Shown: positions 1 through 47,547 of the stretch, in pieces
How the letters are laid out: each line of letters opens with the position of its first letter
Numbering within the stretch: position 1 is the first letter of the stretch
Source: Gracilinanus agilis
Taxonomy: Eukaryota
Assembly: GCF_016433145.1 (NCBI RefSeq)
Contig: NC_058131.1
Span: forward strand, 402,421,542-402,485,541
Length of the DNA stretch: 64,000 nt
Direction of reading: 5' to 3'
Position numbers and translations under genes: made by a program
Notes under the pieces: generated by a model
The model's input: only the letters and a program-made list of their open reading frames with translations
Databases searched by the model: none
Told to the model about the DNA's origin: nothing

Positions 1-283
1 TTTCCCAGCAGTTTTTGTCAAATAGTGGATTCATGTCCCAAAAGTTGGGCTCTTTGGGTTTATCATACACTGTCTTGCTGATGTCATTTATCCCCAGTCT
101 ATTCCATTGATCCTCCTCTCTATCTCTTAGCCAGTACCATATTGTTTTAATGACTGCTGCTTTATAGTATAGTTTAATATCTGGTACTGCTATGCCCCCT
201 TCCTTCACATTTTTTTTTCATTATTTCCCTTGATATTCTTGATCTTTTGTTATTCCAAATGAAATTTGTTATAATTTTTCCTA
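1..283 (-). mobile_element. LINE-1 ORF2 fragment
   Basis: Typical antisense marsupial L1 text (cagcagtttttgtcaaatagt...ccagtaccatattgttttaatgactgctgctttatagtatag). Confidence 0.75.
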
Positions 284-358
284 AGTTGTCATAGATCTTG
301 AAGGGAAGTAGTTGAAGGTAGGCATTCCCACTTCTTAAAGTGACTTTGGAATCCTCAG

Positions 359-38327
<37,969 letters not shown>

Positions 38328-38683
38328 ACTGAAGGAAGTCAGTGGATAGTAGAAATTGCACTACTTAGAAACTGGTCCATCTTCTTCAGTTGCTTTGCAC
38401 AATCTATTCCCAGAGGGAAGAATTAGAGGGAGTGCAGAACTTATTAATACTTTATTGTAAAATCACTGGCAAGGGTAGTCGGCATATAACTTCATTTTCT
38501 CAAAGAGGTTGCTTTCTGGCATATGATATGAACTGAATCTTCCCAGGCTGTGTTGGCCCTGGGTGTCTCCCTCCCCCCCCATCCCCCCCAGTGCATTGTG
38601 TGCAGTGTCCCCATGTTTATGGTAGAAAAGCCTTGATGCCAACATTTTCCATCAGTTTTGTGAAGCCAATTACCTGTGGGTCC

Positions 38684-38689
38684 AATAAA
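38684..38689 (+). terminator. Probable HARS1 poly(A) signal AATAAA
   Basis: First AATAAA after the HARS1 stop (38327), followed by GT/T-rich sequence. Confidence 0.6.
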
Positions 38690-38929
38690 ATGCCTAAAAC
38701 TTCTCTGTCTGTTTCCACTCCTGTCTAGATCCAGGAATGATTGTCTAGGGGCTCCCCCTTACATTTTGATGCCGCCCCAGTTTGGGAGCGATACCCTGGT
38801 GACCCGCTTCTGCAAGGTGTTACTATATTTGGGATTTGTTATAATCTTTTTCTTTCTCACACATGGGTTTAGTTAAACTCCTGAGTGGTTTCTTGCTTAT
38901 CTGAAATTGGAAAGGGCAAATGGGCACCG

Positions 38930-39143
38930 CGGATTGCCTAAGCCCCTCCCCCCGCTGTTTTCCTGCTTCCACCTGTTTATTATACCCTGGAGAGCAGAGC
39001 ACGTGGCCCTTCTCCCCCCCCCACCCTCCCCGTAGGGGCGGGGTCTCAACCCTCGACCAATGAGAGTCTGGGGGGCTGGGGAAGGTTCCAGAGGCTGAGA
39101 CCGAAGCTATAAAGGTGTGTGGAGGGGTGTGTCGCCTCCAAAC
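38930..39143 (+). promoter_or_regulatory. DND1 proximal promoter
   Basis: CACGTG at 39000-39005, GC box GGGGCGGGG at 39035-39043, TATAAA at 39108-39113, 31 nt before the ATG. Confidence 0.65.
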
Positions 39144-41009
39144 ATGCAGTCCAAGCGGGAATGCGAGGTGAGTCCCTTAGAGTGAGGGATCCCCTGGTGA
39201 ATTGATGCGGGAGCGGGGGCGGGGAGCTGACCCTCCCGGACAAGAGTTACCATGCAATGTTCCCTGGAGCCTAGTGCCAGCACTCACCCCTTCTTTCACC
39301 CTCCCTAGTTATGGTGTGAGCGGGTGAACCCAGTGAACAAGGCTGCGCTGGAGGCTTGGGTGAGGGAAACGGGCATCCGGCTGGTGCAAGTAAACGGGCA
39401 GAGGAAATACGGCGGTCCGCCCCCAGGTAATATTTGCACCGCAATGGGGGGGGGGGGGCGCCCTGAGCCTCCAGCTGTCGGGGACAGTTAGGCGCCATAC
39501 CCCTCCCCCCAAGGCTTGGGGGAGTGGCCTGTGAACGGACCGTCTGAGTTGGTGAGTGAAGTGCCCATTAACTGCCCCTGATTCGCACCCCAGAGTTATT
39601 CTATACTGTTAAGCTCCGCGAAAGGCGAGCTAAACTTTTAGAACAGTCTGAAGCTGGTTTCTATTTGCATTTTAGAACTATGGCATACTCACATCCACTA
39701 GTAATATTGAAACGGACTTTTAATTTAGTGCAAACTTCTAATTTTACAGGCCAGTGTAAAGTCCGAGTTTATGCCGAGTTAATAGCAAAGTCAGTTCAGA
39801 GGCTCCCCGGTTTGGATTAGTGTGCCCACCCGGGGCAGCAGTTCAAAGACCACTCTCTCCCCAGGCTGGGTGGGCAGCCCTCCACCAGCAGGTTCAGAGG
39901 TGTTCATCGGTCGCCTGCCCCAGGATGTATATGAGCACCAGCTGATTCCACTGTTTCAGCGAGTGGGGCGCCTCTACGAGTTTCGCCTCATGATGACTTT
40001 TAGTGGCCTGAACCGAGGCTTTGCCTACGCCCGCTACAGCTCCCGGCGCGGAGCCCAGGCGGCCATCGCCACGCTTCACAATCACCCTCTTCGACCTGCC
40101 TGCCCACTGCTGGTCTGCCGGAGCACCGAGAAATGCGAGCTGACCCTGGACGGTCTGCCCCCAGCCCTGAGCCACCAGGCCCTGCTTCAGGCCTTGCAGC
40201 CTTTGGGCTCCGGTCTGCAGGAAGCCCTGCTGCTTCCCAGCCTTATGCACCCCCACACACAGATTGCGCTGCTCAAGTTTAGCTCCCACCGGGCTGCAGC
40301 TATGGCCAAGAAAGCTCTGGTAGAAGGTAGGAGGACCAGTGAAGTTATGGCGGGGTTGAGGAAAATGGGGAGCCTTCTATGTCATTAAGAGTTCTAATAG
40401 GCTAGTTAATGGGGGGTTGGAAGAGCCTCATAATCATTAGAGGATGGGTTTAGTGTTTGTTGGAAAAAGGTGGGTTGTGTGCAGATTATAGGAGGCTAAG
40501 CATGGGTGGTCATCTCCCCATACCCATCGTCACTTCTGTGTGTCCTCTGTCCCGCAGGGCGCTCAAAGCTCTGTGGAGACCAGGTGACAGTAGAATGGTT
40601 GAAGCCTGACCTGAAGCAACGACTCAGACAGCAAACTGAAGGTCCTTTATTTCGGGGCTTGGGGCCTGAGACAAGCCACAGGATCCTACCTGAGAAATTA
40701 GGGACCCCACTGCCAACTAGCTGTGCCCAGACCACCCTTGAGACACTGTGCCATCAGAAGCACTTGGGCATGCCTGTATTTCTCACCAAGTGCTTGGGAG
40801 TGGGGCCTGCAGGCTGGCACCGATTTTGGTACCAGGTGGTAATTCCTGGTCACCCAGTGCCTTTCAGTGGCCTTATCTGGGTAGTTGTGACAAAGGAAGG
40901 GCCAAGTGGACATGAAGTGGCCAAGAATGCTGTGTCCCTGCGCCTCTTAGAAGCATTAGGTGAACCAAGGGGAAATGAGAGCCCAGGGTGGGGGTGGTTT
41001 TCCTGCTAA
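39144..41009 (+). CDS. DND1: Dead end homolog 1 (germline RRM protein), 351 aa. Exons 39144-39167, 39309-39426, 39865-40326, 40558-41009
   Basis: [109 protein letters not shown].../...[23 protein letters not shown]...; GT-AG introns; 1056 nt in frame. Confidence 0.96.
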
Positions 41010-41712
41010 AAAAAGCCATTGTTTACTTTCTGTTGTATGTTTATACCCTGTGGGGAGATAGGGTAAAGAGCCCCTTAGTCTTTCAAGAAGGGCAGGGCCC
41101 TGAAGCTGGACAAGTGGGAACACTCTAGCCCTAACTGATCTAGAGGAACAACTTCCTCTTGTTTTCCTATTGCCTTCCCTCTCTGCCAGTTACATCTCCA
41201 CCCACCTAATCCTTATCTGGTTTTGTCCCTCAAGCCGTTTTCTAAATGGCTAGTTAGACCTAAAGGTGATTCTTTGGTTCCTCTGCTCATTGTTGGTCCT
41301 TTCCCCCTTGGTATTCTATGCTCCTGTGTGCTGAGTTTCAAGTCTGTTTTTCTTCTATTTAATTAAAAACCTGAGGTTGGTATATATGTGTCCATGCTGT
41401 GTCCACTACAAGGGCTCTTCTCTTAATTCTGATTAGAGCCCAGTTGGGGCAGGTTGTGTTCAGTTTTCAGCTTTTTAAGTGGAAGACTACAGGTAGTATA
41501 GTCTTGACACTATAATCCAAGTGTACAGAATTATGAATTGTTTTGTCATCCTGTCATCACTCACTAAAAAGAACAAAAGTCCAGGTTAACTACTGAGCCT
41601 GGTGGTTTTTAACATGTTCCTCTCCTGCCACAGAACCAAAGTGGTCTCAGTCTTAGTTATGCTTGAAGCAGCCTCTATAGAAGGCTTTAGAAACTGCTGT
41701 AAAAAACCAGAG

Positions 41713-41902
41713 GGGGGGGGGGGTAGCTGGGTAGCTCAGTGGATTGAGAGTCAGGTCTAGAGACGGGAGGTCCTAGGTTCAAATCTGGCCTCAGACACTT
41801 CCCAGCTGTGTGACCCTGGGCAAGTCACTTGACCTCCATTGCCCACCCTTACCACTCTTCCACCAAGGAACCAATACACAGAAGTTAAGGGTTTAAAAAA
41901 AA
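41713..41902 (+). mobile_element. Young short-variant SINE1 in the WDR55 3' UTR region
   Basis: Near-consensus body, poly(A) tail, TSD aaaaaaccagag (41701-41712, 41903-41914). Confidence 0.9.
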
Positions 41903-41975
41903 AAAAAACCAGAGAGGGGGCTGATTTACTTAGCTGCAACTGAAGGTCTTGGATGATACCTACTATACCATCCTC

Positions 41976-44153
41976 TCAGTCACTGTCCTCACTTTCTTCT
42001 TCCACTGGATTAGGCACTATGTCTTCCTCCTCTTTCAGTCCAGCAAAAAAATCATCTATACCCCAAGCCTTGCTACTCAGAGCCTGTAACTGGCCACCCT
42101 TCTTCTTTCGCTTCCGATAATCATCGACTACTACTGAACGAAGCTGTGTCACATCCCAGAATTTGAGTCTATGATCATGGCCACTGCTGGCAAGAAGTTT
42201 ACCACAGTGAGAGAGGGCTAATTGCTCCACAGGTTCACCGGCATGTTGCCCCACACTGCCCACTACTCGGTTTGGCAGGATATTGACTGCCCTATGGAGA
42301 AAACAAAAAAGTACCATGGGAACCTGACTTGCCCAGTGCCCCATCCTATCACCACCAACTTCACCCTTCTCATTACCTGATAATCCCATCAGTAGAGGCT
42401 GTGCATAGCAGACTGTCTGTGATGGGTACAATGCAATCAATTGACTCTGCTTTCAGAGCAAAACGGTCACTAGTTGCTCCAAAACCATTCCAGTTGAAGA
42501 GGTAAATGGTCCCCTCACTAGAACCACAAGCAACTTTCTTTCCCCTCTGCAAGAAAATGGAATCATTTCTACTGGATTGGCAAACAATCCAAGATCTGAT
42601 GAGCTGGATTGGTTTTTCCTTCTTGGTTCCTCCCCAACCCCCACCCCTACACCACAGTCTTCTCTGGTACCTTCATTAGTGTAACAGAGGTCAAATCCCC
42701 ACTCTGTGCTTCTGATAGGAGTTCAAATCGGTGGCGTTTAATATTAAAGACACCAAGGCAACCATCCCCACTGTGAAAAAAGCAAGCAATGATCATTATG
42801 GAGGCAACCTTACAAAAGCAGTTTGGTGGGGAGGAAGAAAAGGGAAGTTTCCCAAGGCTCTACCTGGCAGTAAGAAGCAGCTTCTTAGCAGAGTCCAGAG
42901 CCATATCTGCAATGTATTCCTCGTGTTGCTTCAAGTCCATAATTGGACCCTCCTTCCTCTGGTCCCAGAGCCGAATACTGCCACCATCATCCCCAGTAGC
43001 TAACAGATGCTCATCTACTATCAACAAGCTATTGATGGGTACACTATGGGATCAAATTAGGGGTTGACGGTAAGTCAAGAAATAAGTGATGAAAGATTAA
43101 AAAAGAAGCCCTGTCTTACGTACTCTTGAAGGAAGATTCCAACTTTCTCAATTACTTAATTTTCCCAATGGCTGCCATACCTGTGAGCCTTGGATATTCG
43201 TTTATCCAGTCGGCCTTGCTCAACATCTAGGATATGAATGGCTTTATCCTTGGAAACACTGATAAGTTCTGGTGGAGACAGATAAAAATGGAGAGAAAGC
43301 AGTGGTCTGACAGACTTATCCCAACCCCCTCACTTAAAAAAGCAGGGCGAGTTCAAGGTTCACTCCTTGCTAAATATCTCATTCTCAGGCCAGGGCTATT
43401 CTATTTCCATCCCCACCCCCAAAAAAATGTCTACGGACTCAGCACTGGAAGTGACCCAGTTCTGGTCCTGCAGACGTTTCATCAGAAATCCCTTCTACCA
43501 AATCCCAGCTCCTTCGTAGAAGGCTACGATGGCTGGCTACTCTTGACCTCCAGAAGTAGACTGAGGAGCTGCCCTTCTCTCTTCCAAACTCACTATGTCC
43601 GTCGTCGGAAAAGGCCAGGTCCCGGCAGGACTTGAGATGGTGTCCTGAGGACCAGAGCTCCCTGGTTTCACCCTCCCAACAGGAATACTCGAAGCTGCGG
43701 GGAGGAAGAGAAAGGACAGTTATATATTACTGGACAAGTCACTGCCGCTCTCCGGGTTTGTTTCTTCCGTCAAAGGAAAGACCCGGTCAGTGCTGCTTCT
43801 CTACGGGTGGGAGGGCGGTGACATTAATCAGATCCCAGCGCTCCGGATCGCGAGCTCTCCAAGACCCCCTTCCCCAAGCTCACACGAACACGTCCCCGTC
43901 CACGTCCCCCGCGGCCAGGAGGTTCCGCGCCGGGTGAAAGGCCAGTCCGTTGGCCGGAGCCTCCAACACTATGTCTTCCGGTGTGTCCCGCTCCCGGGGA
44001 GCCGTGGTCTCTGTCTCGGGCTCGACCTCAGACTACAAGGGAACACCCGAAGGAAGTGTGGTTGATTTCGCCGCAACTCTTCCCTCCGCCACCCCAGTGC
44101 CCGTGAGTGTCCCATTCCCTTGCTCCACGCCTCACCTCACTGGAGGCCGCCAT
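41976..44153 (-). CDS. WDR55: WD repeat protein 55, 373 aa. Exons 44136-44153, 43884-44032, 43594-43694, 43181-43268, 42864-43043, 42671-42770, 42377-42546, 41976-42291
   Basis: [119 protein letters not shown]...EDSD*; 1122 nt in frame. The first 18-nt exon is inferred. Confidence 0.94.
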
Positions 44154-44450
44154 GCTGATAACAACTTCCGGGAAGAGACCGGAAAACGTACAAATGCTCC
44201 CAGGTATCACCGAGTCGAAAAGGCTTGGAAGCCTGCAGTTCCATTCACTACCGCTTTCAAGCCTTGGGCGTGGTGAGGAAGCGGAAGCAACGCTCTGAGC
44301 ATATTCTTTTGCCAAGTGGGCCGAATGAAGTCGAGGGGCGGAGGAGGGGACCGGACCGGATAGTCCTAGCTCCTAAGGGTAGCTGAGAAACTCTGGCGCT
44401 GGACCAGTTGCTAGGTCCATTCACGAGGCTTTGGGCCACTGACTAATCCA
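43600..44450 (-). promoter_or_regulatory. CpG-rich WDR55 promoter and first exons
   Basis: Dense CpG, ETS-type CTTCCG/CCGGAA motifs at about 44164-44186, GGGGCGG at about 44335, ATGGCGGC (YY1 core) at the start codon. Confidence 0.65.
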
Positions 44451-44513
44451 CACGGAAACTCCTTTTAGGCCTTGCCAGCATGGACCTTTAAGCCTTGGAA
44501 TTGGGGTCCTGAC

Positions 44514-44625
44514 CTAGCAGTACCAGATATTAAACTATACTATAAAGCAGCGACCATCAAAACGGTATGGTATTGGCTAAGAGACAGAAGGGAGACAGAA
44601 GGGAGGATCAGTGGAATAGACTTGG
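44514..44625 (+). mobile_element. Internal LINE-1 ORF2 fragment without poly(A)
   Basis: Encodes LAVPDIKLYYKAATIKTVWYWLRDRRE then DQWNRLG once an 11-nt duplication is removed; flanked by 17-bp direct repeats. Confidence 0.85.
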
Positions 44626-45149
44626 GGAATTGGGGTCCTGACAAAGCAAAGAGGGTTACATACTCGCCGCTGAGAGTCAGAGGTACCAGGAACAATCACC
44701 AAACCAAGAAGAGGCAGAAGCTTCTGCAGATCTCAGAGAGGTTAAAGTGCTTGGTGGATAAAAGCCCGGGGGGAGGCATCATCTGCAGCCATCCACACTG
44801 CTCCATTCAATGACCACCATGGCCCCCCAATTCGTCTGGCTGGCCAGTTCTCAGAGCTAAGATAGGCCCTTGTAGTGGCTTCATCAGGTACTGGCTAGTT
44901 GTGCTACATCCATTACAGGGAGTCGAAGGCTACCAAGTCTGATGTCAGTGGGCAAATCCTAATTTCCAACCTTCTAATGGCTGCATAGACTGCTTCCAGT
45001 ACAGCTGTGCACTATTAGGAGCCTTACACTAGAGTGATTTAAGAGAGCTGGAAGAGCAGGCAACGGGACAACAGAGAACTGGGTAAATTCTGCTGAATAA
45101 CTGCCCCTTTTAAAAAGAGGTGAAGTAGATGGGTACCAAAGCCAGAAGA

Positions 45150-45800
45150 TTTTTTTTTTAAATTTTTTTCATGTTTCCGTGATTCATTTTATTTCCCTCC
45201 TCTCTTCTCTCCTCACTCCCAGAGCCGATAAGCAATTCCACTGGGTTGTACAAATGTTATCACTTGATACCTATTTTCTAATTACTCATTTTTGCTATAG
45301 AGTGATTTTTTTAAAGCCTAAACCCTAAATCAGATACCCATATATACCTGTGATGTGATGTCATGTTTTGCTTTTGCATTTCTACTCCCATAGTTCTTTC
45401 TCTCAATGTGGTTAGCATTATTTCCCATAAGTCCTTCAGGAGTGTCCTGGCTTGTTGCATTGCTACTAGTAACAAAGACCATTACATTGAATTGTTTCAT
45501 GGTTCACTTTCTGTGTACAATGTTCTCCTGTTTCTGCTCAGTTCATTGAGGTTCTCCTTAGTTCATGTAGAAATCCTCCAGATCATTCCTTATAGCACAA
45601 TAGTATTCCATCACCATCATACATGACAATTTGTTCAGCCATTGCCCAATCAAGGGACAACCCTTTATTTTCCAATCTTTTGCTACCACAAAGAGTGCAG
45701 CTATGAATATTTTTGTACAAATATTTTTCCTTATTAAATTTTTGGGGTACAAACCTAGTAGTGGTATTGCTGGATCAAAGGGTATGCATTCTTTTAAAGC
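45150..45800 (-). mobile_element. LINE-1 3' end (ORF2 C-terminus plus 3' UTR)
   Basis: ORF 45558-45752: ICTKIFIAALFVVAKDWK..GCPLIGQWLNKL...MEYYCAIRND; T-rich tail at 45150. Confidence 0.85.
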
Positions 45801-47246
45801 CTAAAGGGCTTTTTCTACATGATAGAACAGAACTGAGCTGTAATTTGCCATTTCCAAAGTTTCTTCCCCAAAAGCACCCACTGCTTTAGTGTTTGACTAG
45901 TAGCTGGGCTGGCTGAACTGGTAAAATAGCCAATATCCTACTGCTGGGGGATTACTGGACTACTATATACTAACCATCAAGCCATGCTTGCTGCTTATAC
46001 CCCACCAAATTAGGGAATTACCATAGGTCTAAAGTAGAACTGTAGAAAGCTAATGTACTAATGTAATGTTTTATAGCCACAAAAACTAAGTTAAGCTCAA
46101 TCTCTTTGATTACCTACAGAAAGCAACATCTGCCTGAACTTCCAACATCCCTACTGCTTATTGAAAGTTAATTCTTTAAACCTTTACCTTCCATTTTAGA
46201 ATCAATACTGTGTATTAATTCCAAGATACAAGAATGGTAAGGACTAGGCAATGGGAGTTAAGGGACATGCCCAGAGTCACAGAGCTACAAAGTGTCTGAG
46301 TTCATATTTGAATCCAAGACCTCCTGTTTCTAGGACTGGCTCTCTACCTTCCTAGCTACCCCCTCTAAAAGTTAATTTTTGCAAGGAATCCAAGTTGAAA
46401 GTTGAACTAGGATCTGGCAAGTCAGTAAGAGCTGGGTTAGCAGATCTAGTAATGGCATTTAATAAGAAACCAGTGGGCCACTAGCCCAGTGATATACTAG
46501 GGATTGGATATTCTTAAAGCTAGCTGCCAGAAAGGAGCCAGGGGAGAAAAAAAGTGATTCAGAAGCCAGCCTTGCTGAAGCTTGTAACTAATGGAACAAA
46601 GGATTTCATCTGTACCTTGACTTAAGAGACATAATGACATTCCTATTCCATATAAACACAGACCAGTGTAAGAAAGGGCTAAACAGATTAGAAAGCACCA
46701 CTAGCCCTCTTTCCTAATTATCCCATTCCATTAGGCAAGAACCAGTCATGAAACAATACCTTTGAGGAACTGGCAGTCCTCTATATCTGTATTAGTACAA
46801 TGGATGGCAGGACAGGCTAACTTTTTTTTATTCCCAAAAATGTTTCTTAACACATACCTAGAGCCCTATTATACAACCCTAAGGTGAAATTGGCAATAAT
46901 CAAAGACCAAGCCCTTTTCCTGGAATCACTGCCCTCATAACTTGGACAGACAAAAGTAAAAGGTACCTTTGTTATAAGCATCACTGAAGTAGAATATTTG
47001 GTAAAGACTGATGTGAAAAAATTAAAATGGATTTTTAAAAAAGGAAAATGTGATACTAATAATCTCCCTCTTCTTTCTGTTTGAAACTACACTAGTAAGG
47101 GGCTCTCAGGTAGTGTTATTTTCAGCTGAATACATGTTGGAAAGAGAAAGAAATATTTAGTATTTGTTATCAACACTTGAATCACAAGCTATAATGCTGA
47201 AATCTCAGCTTGTAAACAGGTAATTAAAATGACTTCCCATGTGAAA

Positions 47247-47252
47247 TTTATT
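47247..47252 (-). terminator. Probable IK poly(A) signal AATAAA
   Basis: TTTATT on + strand about 300 nt past the IK stop. Confidence 0.55.
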
Positions 47253-47547
47253 GTACCCAACTATGTGCTAGAATGTGAAGGAAGAACAAAATGATGAAAT
47301 TGGCCAAACTGATGTTTTCCAAAAACCTAAGAAATGGGAGTTGATCTCATTATCCCCCATATTTTTCCCTTCATGCAATCTCTTCAGCAGAAAAGAAATC
47401 GTTATCTTGGATTTTATTAGTCAAAACAATGCAATCTCATACATTCATACACATGAACACTACAGCCTCTCTGAAGAAAGTGCAAGGGAAGAGAAGGAAG
47501 TTGGGAAATATCCAGATAAGTAATCTTCCAGGAACTAGAGTGCTGGA

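Noticed and set aside
40955-41009. Divergent DND1 C-terminus ([15 protein letters not shown]) and a cryptic TTAG|gtgaac donor
   Set aside because: The DND1 tail is poorly conserved and I found no downstream acceptor or exon, so there is no support for an extra exon.
43234-44439. Cluster of + strand ORFs (91-133 aa)
   Set aside because: Antisense shadows of WDR55 exons and its CpG island.
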